Source: Neophaeotheca triangularis (Eukaryota). From it: a stretch of DNA of 33,046 nucleotides. The DNA lies in contig BAAIJX010000008.1 of the NCBI GenBank assembly GCA_054600435.1, positions 682,001-715,046 on the forward strand, in the 5' to 3' direction. A program made the position numbers and the translations under genes. Shown piece by piece: positions 12,114 through 22,142 of the stretch. Under the pieces are notes generated by a model. The model did no database searches, was not told the DNA's origin, and was given only the letters and a program-made list of their open reading frames with translations. Each line of letters opens with the position of its first letter. The first letter of the stretch is position 1.

Positions 12114-12653
12114 TTCAGGTCATGACTGTGTGGCTATGAAGAGCGCTGGGTAAAATTATGTAAACCTTGGAAGTGTACGCGATGCGAGAGAGTAGTGGGG
12201 TGGATAGAGGCGATGTCCCGGCGGCTGAGAGGTTGCAACGTCCAGCAGGTGGTCTTGAATGGACACTATCAAACATGAGTTAGGCGAGACACGCTGAGCT
12301 TTGGTTTCCAAACCCGAGAGGACAATCTAGAGCACTGGAGAAACCGAAGCAAGATCTAGATGGGCGAGCATGAAAGAAACGCAATTGATCAACAAAGCGA
12401 GCGCATGTATCGATTTATAGTAGTAGTAATAACCTTTGCGCACGCATGCCACCACCGGCGACGCTTGCAAAACCGACTGGAATGTTTCTCGCAAAAATGC
12501 CTCCCAAAAAGTCCTCCCACCGCCTCATAGTCAGGGCTTCGCCTCTTCCGTCATGAACTACTCTCTGTGGCGAGGGCTCAGGTAATCCTTCACGCCCATC
12601 CACCACGGCACGTGCTCGTACGCCTCGACGTGCTGATACTCAGAGTCGGAGTC

Positions 12654-15600
12654 CTAGTCCGCCTCTTGACCAGCAGCATCGACACGCCCCGTCCCCCTTC
12701 GCTCTCCACCACCATACTCATCCCCATCGCCGAGATGGATATCAACAGCCTGCGTATCCTCGTCACGGTTGCTCGTACCAACCTCATCATCATCGTCAAA
12801 CATCATCCTCTCGCCCCCATCATCGCGGTCATCGAAGTCGTTGAAATTGGAAGTCGGGGTGTTGGCATAACCACGGCTGCCGCCCTGCCAATCGCTAAAG
12901 CGCTCGTCGTTGGAGCGGTCCTCGGCAAAAGTCGCAGTCGTGCTAGCAGCATCGTCATCGTCGTCCTGGCCAGCAGCAGCAGCTTCGTCGATATTCTCGA
13001 AACCCCAAGAAGCGCCTCCAGAGGGGAAGTGGTTCGCGAAACCACCGCCATCTTCGCCCTCGCCGAAACCCTCGTCCTCTTGCTCGGCGTTCTCAGCTTC
13101 CCTCCCCGTCTGACCGGTTCCCGCTGCGATCCTTACTCCCCTCCCTGCTGCGGCTGAAGTTCCACCAGCGCCGTCGGCTCTGGGAAGCGCCGCTCCCAGT
13201 TGCGTGTGGTTCCCCGCTGCGGCTCCTGCCCCGTGAAGAGAAACGCTCGACGACCCACGAGCCTGGCGAGAGGAAGAGGCTGGATCGCCGAGCCGGGCTT
13301 CCCCCGAGTCGGATTCGTCGTTGACGTCTTTGGATGCCAGCTCATCTGTGGCTTCGACGGCTGGCTCAGCTGGAGGTGGGTTGCGGCTTTCTTCGACAAT
13401 GTCTTGCAGGTACTTGGGTCCCAGGGGCTTATCGGAGCGGCGACGGTAGAAGAGTAGGTACGCGGCCGGCGAGTGCACCTTGATGGCAGAAGTCTTGGAG
13501 CACGAACCGTCGTTATAGTCGTACCAATGGCCATCGTAGAAGTTTTTGGCCACGGCAGTGTAATGCCCTACGCCAAGGCCGCCGTAGTGGTTGTCGACAG
13601 CGAAGAGGTCGTAGAGGTATTCTTTGCCGTCTTCTTTGCAGCCAATGCGCTCGGTCATGTCCAGACCCTCGACAGGGTAATCCACGAAGACGTCGATTTT
13701 GTCTCGTATACTTCTATTACCACCGAAACGCTTGAGATGCACGACCAGGATATCTGGGATCGTCCAAATCTCTAACGTCTTGGTTGCGCGACGCTGCTCT
13801 TTGCAGCGGTTGCAGTACCAAGTATTGTCCTCTGTCAGGATTTCGGGCTTGCTGGTCGTTTGGAAGCACTCTTCAAGGTCTATGCCGTTCTTTTTACGAG
13901 CAGCACGCTTGTTTTGCTTAGCCTCGAGCTCAGGGTCAGAGACCTTGGGTAGATTTTTCGGCTCAGGCGCCGAGCGCCACACTCCGTCGCCGAAAACCGC
14001 ATTCATCGCGTCGGTAGACCAGTCAAGTACGATGCATTCGCCGAGCTTGATGTAGTACGAGCCTTCGGTTTCTTGTTGAAGCTTCGACGGCACGACTTGG
14101 CCCGTCAGAGTGCGAGAAGATTGGGCGTTACGCAGAGGAGCCTTGTTGCTGTTAAGTGTGTTGCCGAACTTGTGACCACGCTGCTTCCCGTAGGTCTGTT
14201 TTTTTCCTTTCTTGCTTTTCTGGAACTTGTCCTTCTTGCCGTTCTTCTTACGACCGCCTCGGGCGTCGTTATCCACGACACTTGGCTGCATCAAGGTCTT
14301 CACTTCGGGTAGTTCGCTGTCATCGTCAGAATTCGCAAGACTGTTTGGAGAGTCGCCGGTGGTCAGGCTGGGTGTCTCTTCGTCGACGTCACTTTCCTCA
14401 GTCTCTGCGGTTTCTTGCCTCGAACCACTGCTGCCGGAGTCCTTCAGCGACGACGAGCTAGAGTCGAGTGAATTGCGCCTTTCAGGAGCCCGCTGCACCC
14501 GCTGGGACATGTCACGGACTGAGTTCTTATCGAAGCTGTCCATGCCGTTCGGCTGCCATCTCTGTTCCAGGTTGGTGGCGTAGTTCATCGTGAACATGCC
14601 TTGCAACCCAGGTGGGACGAAGTAGTCGTCGTTCCAGAAGCCCTCAGGAACCGGGTTAACAGGCGCCGTGGCGTCATGCGAAGCCGGAACGCCATTATTT
14701 GAGTCACCCTGCCCTTCTCTGTTGACTGAGACATCCACCATTCCGTCTTCCGATGGCACTGAGTGGTCACTAACCCGCGCAGACTCTTCACTACTCGTCT
14801 GCTCGCCATCGGTAGCCGTGTCGGCAAAGGTGGATGTCTTGCGTGAAGCTTGATCCTCCTCCAACAGAATCTCTCTGTTCGAAAGCTGTACCGTGGCGAC
14901 GAGGATCTTCTTCAAGATTCTGTTGTAATCCTGAGCTTCTTCACGCGAGACTACAATCTGAACTGGGTGCAGCGCCGCTTCTTGACGTTCATATCTCGAA
15001 GGTGAACGGCTGAAGACGCTGACGACCATACGATCGGCAGCTTGATCATCCATATCCGGGATAAGCTGCTCTTTACTCCTGCCGTAGAACGATGGTTTCC
15101 CTTGACGAGTGACGTTCGTTGGCGCCGCTTCAAGCTCGAAAATGTAAATGTGATCATTGTGCTGGATGTTTGCCTCGGCGATGGTCGCCTTGTCGTCGTC
15201 AAAAGTCTTGTAGATTTTGCGGGAGTACACTTCCACCATCCACAGACGGTCTGGGTCGCTGATGCCGTGCTTTGCACCAATCTGCGCCTTGACCTGCTTG
15301 ATGGTAGCGCTTCTATCGATGTCGAGCTGGTGCTGCACTGGGCGGCCCAGCATTGGAACGAACGCGATCGGGTGCAGGAATGTGTGCTCGATTGGTAGTT
15401 GCACAGTGAGCAGAGAGAAAGGATCGAACGTGACACTGGTCTTATCGCAGTGCGAACAGTCCATGGTGTTCTTGTAAAAGCCATTGAAGAGGTCCATTGC
15501 GATCGAAGAGTTGCGCTTGGAGTGGATGTCACGGTACTGGTCCCCAAGCTCGACGATTGCCTGCGGGTCGTGAACGGTCTTGTCGTCAGACTCCGGATTC

Positions 15601-17645
15601 TCAATGTACGGCTTCTTCATGATTCTATTGAGATCTTCATGCAAAGCGTCGACAAGGAAACTGAGAAACTCCTGCGAGTCTTGCTGGCCATAACCGGAAA
15701 AAAGTGGTGCACAATGACCGAGCGCAGCTTTGAAATTCCTAGGTGCGAATGCTCCCAGGGACTTCTCGCTGTAGATGCCTTCAAGAACTCCGGCGTAAGC
15801 TTTCGCCATCGTCCCTCCATGGCCTAGTACGTTGTTGGCGTTGATCTCTTCCTTGTATTTGCCGGCTAAGAAGTACAAGGCGAGCTCTTCAACACTGCGG
15901 ATGCACTGCAAGGCAGAGTTCATGTAGCAGGTGTTGCCGAGGTTGGTGAGACCGATTGTGCCTTTGGTTCGGCCGTCTTTGCGAGCGCGACCTCTGGTCA
16001 TGACGCCGCCTGGAGCAGGACTGGTCCGACCGGAGGCAGTAGTTGAAGCTGGTTGTGACTGTACTTTCTTGGGCGGAGCGACTTTCTTGCTGTCAGACTG
16101 AAATTCGCCGCCACCTGGTCCACCGAGCTGCTCCTCTAGCACGAGTGTCGTGTCTTCGAAAAGACCGAACATGTCCATTGAGCTTGTGCCGTTGTACTTC
16201 TCATTCATCGTTTCGTCCTTTGCGTCGACAAACTCGAGATCCACACCCACTTCCATCTTGCGAAAAGCAGGCTGCTCGACGACGAGCTTGGTAGAAGTGG
16301 TATCCGGCTTCGGTGAGCTTGCACGAGACTTTGGAGGTGAAGTTGTGTAGTCCGAGGTGTTGTCCACGGGATTGTCATCACCTACATTGGCCGGGTCCAG
16401 CAATTTCCAGATCTTGACCTTGGTGCCACGCGGTATACTGGCAGCTTCCTTGCTCCTCTTAAGAAAGGTCTGGAATCGTTCAGTCCGCGAAGAAACGAAG
16501 CGAGCAGCATCGTCGGGAGTCGACTGGCCACGGCCCTTGCGCTCTTGCTTGAGTCTAAGAGCAGTAGCAGAGTCGCGTGGCGAAAGCGACCTTGGATTCC
16601 CAGGCTGTGGGACCTTGCGAACCGTGAAAACAGGCGGGTAGATCTCGTAAAGTATGTTGACAGCAGGCGGGTCTGCAGTGTTGCGCGCGTAGCGGGCGAT
16701 CGGCTCCTGTCCTTCGGCAAGATGATACCAGCCAATGATGAGGTCCCACGCCTGCTTCGACATGATCTCAAAATCCTGCGAGGTCGTCAAGCCAGGCCGA
16801 AGCGGAATGAAGGGGTGATCGTGTATGTCGCGAAGAGAGTCGGTGAAGCTTCCCTCCACAGCAATGTCGGAATTGTCGATTGGCCCAATGTTGCCCTCCC
16901 TCGCTTCTTTCGGATATTCAGAGTTACCCTTTCCATCTGTACTCCGGGAGTAGACACGACTTAGCCACTTCGCAGAGATCAGGTAGCCTCTAGACCCAGC
17001 GTCCGGTTCCTGCATAGCGACTTCCGTGACCTTGCGAATCTGCTCATCAATCTGCTGCTGCGTGGGTTCACCCGCATGATCGCGTTCAGAGTACGCCGGT
17101 GGCTTCTCATCCACGTCAATGGAACCATTCGGCGCACTCTCCCCGTTCCCAGCACCTGTCTCTTGAGTATCCATCGCATCCACTCCAGCCGCATTCTCAA
17201 TCTCCTCCATATCATCCGCTGTCCTCTTAGCCGGGCTGTGGCTCCTCCTCAGACCCTCCCTAGCTTCCGACTGCTGCTGCTCCGCCATATCGAAACTTGC
17301 GCCCCCACTCTCAGTCTCACTAGCAATGTCAAGTTCCACAAGTCTTCCACTGGGAGAGCTGTCCTCCTCTTTGCCGAATTCCTGATGCCCGCCCTTCAAA
17401 CCTCCTCCCTGCAAGAACGAAGGCACAGGCGAAACAGAGACGGAAGATTGCTCCAAGCGCGGTGAAGGCGAATCGCTCTCGGAAGCGTAGCCCGGGTGCG
17501 GGCGCGGGTTGTTGTTTGTGGGGAAGAGCCTGCGCTTCTTCTGCGAAGGCGACGAGGAAGCCGTCGTGGCGGTTGGGTTCGGCGGTGGCGAGGGCCCCGC
17601 CGACGTGGTTCCGGTGTGGTCTTGGGAAGTTTCGGCTTCGCTCAC
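12654..17645 (-). CDS. UBP12: Ubiquitin C-terminal hydrolase, Ubp12/USP4-11-15 type (DUSP domain plus split USP domain); start uncertain (first in-frame ATG 17288, frame open to 17711)
   Basis: Cys box GLTNLGNTCYMNSALQC, FSGYGQQDSQEFL..LHEDLNR, CxxC pairs, LVVHLKRF, His box YDLFAVDNHYGGLGVGHYTA, AAYLLFYRRR; DUSP-like YLISAKWL..GPIDNS..AWDLIIGWY. Confidence 0.93.
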   Translation of the reverse strand: MSEAETSQDHTGTTSAGPSPPPNPTATTASSSPSQKKRRLFPTNNNPRPHPGYASESDSPSPRLEQSSVSVSPVPSFLQGGGLKGGHQEFGKEEDSSPSGRLVELDIASETESGGASFDMAEQQQSEAREGLRRSHSPAKRTADDMEEIENAAGVDAMDTQETGAGNGESAPNGSIDVDEKPPAYSERDHAGEPTQQQIDEQIRKVTEVAMQEPDAGSRGYLISAKWLSRVYSRSTDGKGNSEYPKEAREGNIGPIDNSDIAVEGSFTDSLRDIHDHPFIPLRPGLTTSQDFEIMSKQAWDLIIGWYHLAEGQEPIARYARNTADPPAVNILYEIYPPVFTVRKVPQPGNPRSLSPRDSATALRLKQERKGRGQSTPDDAARFVSSRTERFQTFLKRSKEAASIPRGTKVKIWKLLDPANVGDDNPVDNTSDYTTSPPKSRASSPKPDTTSTKLVVEQPAFRKMEVGVDLEFVDAKDETMNEKYNGTSSMDMFGLFEDTTLVLEEQLGGPGGGEFQSDSKKVAPPKKVQSQPASTTASGRTSPAPGGVMTRGRARKDGRTKGTIGLTNLGNTCYMNSALQCIRSVEELALYFLAGKYKEEINANNVLGHGGTMAKAYAGVLEGIYSEKSLGAFAPRNFKAALGHCAPLFSGYGQQDSQEFLSFLVDALHEDLNRIMKKPYIENPESDDKTVHDPQAIVELGDQYRDIHSKRNSSIAMDLFNGFYKNTMDCSHCDKTSVTFDPFSLLTVQLPIEHTFLHPIAFVPMLGRPVQHQLDIDRSATIKQVKAQIGAKHGISDPDRLWMVEVYSRKIYKTFDDDKATIAEANIQHNDHIYIFELEAAPTNVTRQGKPSFYGRSKEQLIPDMDDQAADRMVVSVFSRSPSRYERQEAALHPVQIVVSREEAQDYNRILKKILVATVQLSNREILLEEDQASRKTSTFADTATDGEQTSSEESARVSDHSVPSEDGMVDVSVNREGQGDSNNGVPASHDATAPVNPVPEGFWNDDYFVPPGLQGMFTMNYATNLEQRWQPNGMDSFDKNSVRDMSQRVQRAPERRNSLDSSSSSLKDSGSSGSRQETAETEESDVDEETPSLTTGDSPNSLANSDDDSELPEVKTLMQPSVVDNDARGGRKKNGKKDKFQKSKKGKKQTYGKQRGHKFGNTLNSNKAPLRNAQSSRTLTGQVVPSKLQQETEGSYYIKLGECIVLDWSTDAMNAVFGDGVWRSAPEPKNLPKVSDPELEAKQNKRAARKKNGIDLEECFQTTSKPEILTEDNTWYCNRCKEQRRATKTLEIWTIPDILVVHLKRFGGNRSIRDKIDVFVDYPVEGLDMTERIGCKEDGKEYLYDLFAVDNHYGGLGVGHYTAVAKNFYDGHWYDYNDGSCSKTSAIKVHSPAAYLLFYRRRSDKPLGPKYLQDIVEESRNPPPAEPAVEATDELASKDVNDESDSGEARLGDPASSSRQARGSSSVSLHGAGAAAGNHTQLGAALPRADGAGGTSAAAGRGVRIAAGTGQTGREAENAEQEDEGFGEGEDGGGFANHFPSGGASWGFENIDEAAAAGQDDDDDAASTTATFAEDRSNDERFSDWQGGSRGYANTPTSNFNDFDDRDDGGERMMFDDDDEVGTSNRDEDTQAVDIHLGDGDEYGGGERRGTGRVDAAGQEAD

Positions 17646-18427
17646 GCTAGGTGGAATGGTATCGGAGAGTGAAGGGTTGGCAGCCTTTGGGAGACGGCTA
17701 AGGGTTGTCGATTACAGCAGGGTACGGTTAATTGTTGTGTCTACGCGTGGAAGCCTATAGCGTCGAGTGAAACGTTCAAGATGTTTTACCAAAGGAGGAG
17801 CATCAAAAGTTCTCTGCGTAACGCGAGAATGAGCGTAGGTGCAGGTGGTGTGGCAGCACGCGAGGTCGCAAGGTCGGTGCTGGTGGGCAAAAACGCTGGT
17901 TTGGCTCAGTGACGTTGGAACTTTCGTTTGCGGTGGTTCGGCCCTTCTTCGGGAAACGGCGTTTCGCAATCCAATGTCAAATCTGGGGAAGGTAGGGCGC
18001 GGAGTCAGGGGGAGATCAAATATAGCCAAGCACTGCCTACGGTGATTCAAGAATAGCTGAGGGCGCGAAGGTGAGGTTTGGAGGAGTAGTGAAATTTTTG
18101 GTTGCGAGAGTCATACTCCTTGCGCCTTCCTCGAGTTATTGCATCTTGCAGGACTCAATCCCAAGTTCACCCATCGTAGTCTGCTGTCTCCATCATGAGC
18201 TTGTCGCAGGCGCACAATAGTGAAAATGTCGTTCGGCTTCACTCGTGAGACTACCACGTGGACAATATCTTGAAATTGCTCTGGTACATAAGTACGACAT
18301 AGCTAGCAGCTGTTAATTGAGCCTACTATGGGCTCTAGACCAGGGCGAAGAGTCTAGGCTTCGTTGACTCCGTCATTCACTCTCGCCAATCATGATCCTC
18401 AGGCGTCTGGCAGATGGATAGATCTCA

Positions 18428-20374
18428 TCACTTCTTGCCGCCTGCACTCCCCATCCACGAAAACGCGCTCGCTCCCCCAAGCGGATTCGACTTAGTCTTA
18501 GGCTTTTCTACAGCAGGAGCGGCCGGGCCAAGACTTGAATTCTCTACCCTCATACCTCCATCCCCTATAGCTCCGAAAGCCTTTCTGGAATCTTCGCCGG
18601 CCCCAGCTGAACGCTGTTTCCCTTCCTCAAAGAACCTGCTCCTACCATCGCCAGCGCTGTTAGTGCTCGTCGACATAGTAGCTGGAGCTGCGGAAGTAGC
18701 GGAAGAGAGCGAACGCGATGTTGTTTTGGGTTTGAGCACTTTCATGCCCGTGTCCCTTCGTTGGGCGGGGTTTGAAGAGTCCCTGTTGCGGCTTGCGGCT
18801 GCCCAGTCGAGGCTTGCATTGGCTTGGGCCGTGCTGCTTGGTGTTGTCGCCGAGGCGGAAGTGCGCCAGTTGCTCCAAATGGCAGGGCCGCTGCCTGTGC
18901 GTGAAGGGGTGCCTTGCTGAGCTGCAGAGTCTGACGTCTGCTCTGCGCTGCCTTCTGGGCGGGTGTTTAGCAGCGACAAGGGAGGTCGAGAGTTATTCAA
19001 CTGCATACTTGTGCGATGCGCTTCACTATCCGGAGTGCCGATATTGCCACCCCTTGTCGAGTCGTATGCTGACCCTTCTGCGGCAAGAGCACCTGGCGGG
19101 CGATACTTGCCTCCCAAGGGAGGACTTGCAGCAGCCGAGGACAACGAGACTGCAGAGCTGCCTTGACCGAGTCCGTTCAGGTATGGCTGTGGTGTGGCCG
19201 TTGGCTGCTCAAGGTCCGCCTGCGGCCTTTGACCGCTTGTGATATAGAGGTCCTTGAATGCGACTTCCCGCTCTGGGCGTACAAGTGGTATACTCAGCTT
19301 ACTCCTGTCATCATCAAATAGTGATATGCTATTAGACGAGAACAGAATGTCCGCGCTGTGGGCCCTGAGCGTGTCGCTGCCAATAAATATTTGGATCGAT
19401 TGGTCATTAGCAGCACCAGACTCGACCACTCGGAAATCAACGGTCAAAGTTGGCAGTTGTGGAACCGGGCTGTTCGACCTTGACGATGCAGGGTGTGGAA
19501 TGGCTTCGGGAAAATACACCGGTAATTGCACAGACCTGACGCCGTCATCGCTCGACACGATACTGTCCTCGAAGCCAAGTTTCTGTATCAACCGCAAGTC
19601 AAGGTACGAGCTGTACGAACCCGTGCAGACGGCTGCATAAAGGAGCGCATCGTGCTTGAAGTTGGTGTTCATCCAGCATCGGATAATGGCAGGCACAGAA
19701 CCGAGCAATAACATGCCCGGCGCGAAGCCAGGTGTGTCCAGTGGCGATCTACTCGAGTCTCCAAAGCTGTAACCTGTCAGACTGTTGGCGCGGCCAGAAG
19801 CAGCAGAGCGCATGGAATGGGCGGAGCTGGCCCTGCCATCGGACTTGTGCGACCCAGATCGCTCGTTCATTTGAAGGCCGCCAAGTCCGCTGCTAGTCCG
19901 TGAAAGGTAGTCGACAGATGGTCTGGAAGAATGTGCCGAGTAGCCCTGGTTGGCGGTCTCGTCAAAGCGCACGCTGTTTGCGCGCGAGGCCGCGCCCATC
20001 CCTCTGCGTGGCTCCTCCTCCGGGTCCAAATGCAAGCTGCTCATCAGGTTGTTGGCCTCGTCGTCAAAGTTGCGAAATTGGTCGGCCGGGGGATGTTGCA
20101 GGGGAGCTAATTCGGTAAGTGTTAGCCATGCCCGGACTTTGAGGATGACAGCATACCCACCCTGCTGAGGCGTCCCACTAAGCACGCCTGGAAAAGGACT
20201 GGTGTTACCCCAGACGCTTTTCATACGAGCATCGTCATCCAACTTTCTCTCCACCCGTGCCAGTCGCTCTGAATGCTCAGCTTGCACCTGCTGTACCCTT
20301 CCTACGTCGCCCTGTAAACGCCAAATGTCGTGATTGCTAGAGCCGGGCGTAAAAGCTGCGCTTTGCGGATCCAT
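18428..20374 (-). CDS. Uncharacterised protein: N-terminal coiled coil, Ser-rich linker, retropepsin/Ddi1-like domain with Cys at the catalytic position, disordered tail; probable in-frame intron 20160-20107
   Basis: 648-codon ATG ORF; LLYAAVCTGSYSSYLDLRLIQKLG...IFIGSDTLRAHSADILFSSNSISL; 54-nt GTGGGT..GCTAAC..TAG intron candidate. Confidence 0.85.
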   Translation of the reverse strand: MDPQSAAFTPGSSNHDIWRLQGDVGRVQQVQAEHSERLARVERKLDDDARMKSVWGNTSPFPGVLSGTPQQGGYAVILKVRAWLTLTELAPLQHPPADQFRNFDDEANNLMSSLHLDPEEEPRRGMGAASRANSVRFDETANQGYSAHSSRPSVDYLSRTSSGLGGLQMNERSGSHKSDGRASSAHSMRSAASGRANSLTGYSFGDSSRSPLDTPGFAPGMLLLGSVPAIIRCWMNTNFKHDALLYAAVCTGSYSSYLDLRLIQKLGFEDSIVSSDDGVRSVQLPVYFPEAIPHPASSRSNSPVPQLPTLTVDFRVVESGAANDQSIQIFIGSDTLRAHSADILFSSNSISLFDDDRSKLSIPLVRPEREVAFKDLYITSGQRPQADLEQPTATPQPYLNGLGQGSSAVSLSSAAASPPLGGKYRPPGALAAEGSAYDSTRGGNIGTPDSEAHRTSMQLNNSRPPLSLLNTRPEGSAEQTSDSAAQQGTPSRTGSGPAIWSNWRTSASATTPSSTAQANASLDWAAASRNRDSSNPAQRRDTGMKVLKPKTTSRSLSSATSAAPATMSTSTNSAGDGRSRFFEEGKQRSAGAGEDSRKAFGAIGDGGMRVENSSLGPAAPAVEKPKTKSNPLGGASAFSWMGSAGGKK

Positions 20375-21459
20375 CGCACGAAGAACTCATTCAAAGTCTC
20401 GAGCAATCTTTCGATCGCTGGTGATGAATGCGCCCCACTGTGAATATTCCAGGTAACGCAGCCTGCTTGCGATATGCTGCTTATTTCCTCCGCCCAAGCA
20501 CAGCTTGCGGCTGCGTGCCGCTTCTCTGTATTTTTCTCTTATGCCACGATTGCTAACGATGATGTTAATGTGTTGTAAGCTATAGCAATGCCGAATCTAC
20601 TACGCTAGTGGGTGATGTAGCCGGCTGAGTTGTAGACCGGATCCGTTCAGGTAGGGGATCGTTCTTCAATGTAGTTCCGGAAGACCAATCTGCCTATAGA
20701 GGCGAGCGTGGGCGTGCAGCAACTATACTTGAGCGATGTTGACCACTGGTGAGGGTTGCTGGGCGGAGAGGGGATCGTTGGAGGTTTGTAGGCGGCGTCT
20801 TCACGGTGCTCTTGTGATGATACAGAAGATGCAGAGGTTCTGGATTGGTGCTTTGGGACAACGTTGCTGGGCGAGCTCGAGGCAGCGAGGGAGGGCGAGT
20901 AAATGGTGGTGATTAGGAAGTAGTGATGTATGTGATGTATTGCAGAAGGGCAGGTGGATGCACTCTCCCGCGAGTCAACTTCGGGACAGGAAGTTCTAAA
21001 ACGGCGCTAGCATTCGCTTAAGCAACCAGTGGCGTTCTTCACGTGGGGGAGGTGGATCCCAATTGTGCTTCACCTTCACCTCACCTCTCCTCGCCTTCCT
21101 TCACTTCACACTATCTTTGGATCAATTTCTAGCTTACCCAATGCACTTTTTCGTATGCAATAACACCAACCCTCGACGCACCGTCTGAAGTGCTGTCGGT
21201 GATGTGACACGGCCTGGTGTCGAGCCCCCCTATTCAGGCCATTCAACCAGCCTCCACGGACCGACTGTTCACACTAGGAACATGAAGGGTATAAGACAAA
21301 TAGCAAAGTTACCCCCGGCCACGCTTGACTCAATCAGCATCGCAAAGTGGACCTCAATCCGGCGAATTGATATTTGGTGACTGCGACTTTCACTCCGTCG
21401 AACTGCTCTTGGTCTTGACCGGAGCTAAGAAATGTGAGCGAAAGCCCGACACTATAGCC

Positions 21460-21750
21460 TTAGTTGAAAAGGTTTAAAAGCAAGCTATGTAATACTGTCA
21501 CGAGCGGGATCTGTCGTCTAGACACTGCTGCCCTGGTCGCAATCGAGCTTGCCTCTAGCCTTGTTAGAAAATACCGTACGGCCAGCCCCTTAACGCCTGC
21601 CACCCCGACGTAGCATAATTGTATAAGATCTCTAGCTTCCTACACCTAGGCTAGGATCTATTAAATCGCCTCTATCTACGCTGTGCAAAACGTCTAGCTA
21701 TCTTTATAAACCGTATACATCATTATCTATAAACGTAAAAACTTTGTTCT
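21460..21750. mobile_element. Possible RIP-mutated repeat/solo-LTR relic
   Basis: Local AT- and TpA-rich patch (CTAG, TATA, TAAA clusters) unlike its flanks; TGTCACG at 21496 resembles an LTR start. No TSD or second copy found. Confidence 0.3.
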
Positions 21751-22120
21751 TTTTAGCGTCCAATCCGTCTTCGTGATTTCAATGAGTGGCGTTAGACCAG
21801 TCCTTATTTGCGGATCAGGGGTAATGATGTCTGGAACTGCGCCGGAAGTAGGGAATGAACAAACAAAAGCGACGGCCCGTCGTCTGTTTTTGGTAGAGAC
21901 TGCAGAACATTCAAAAGTCTCTTGAACCGCAGGAGGTACGCCGGTCAATCTGTGGTGGTTATGCAATCCGAGAGCGTAGATTTGTCGCGGCAGGATAGCA
22001 TGCTTTCGCCTGTGAGTATATGAGATAAGAGACAAAACAAGAGGAGCGTAGTGCAAGAGCGAAGGCTGCACAACACCAGTCCACAACGCCAACCTAACAA
22101 TGCCTTCGAAATATCCTTTC

Positions 22121-22142
22121 AAAAAGAAAAGGAAAAAAAAAA
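22121..22142 (-). terminator. Oligo-T Pol III-type terminator
   Basis: Minus strand reads T10-CC-T4-C-T5 immediately after the closing stem of the putative ncRNA. Confidence 0.6.

Noticed and set aside
12567..13157. 196-aa plus-strand hydrophobic ORF
   Set aside because: Antisense reading of the acidic tail codons of UBP12.
13560..13592. His box GLGVGHY instead of GLGGGHY in UBP12
   Set aside because: Catalytic His is intact, and I recall Val at this position in active USP4; not evidence of inactivation.
640..17645. Autophagy/proteostasis gene cluster (ATG3, ATG33, UBP12)
   Set aside because: Unrelated genes are interleaved and these are common housekeeping genes; chance proximity cannot be excluded.
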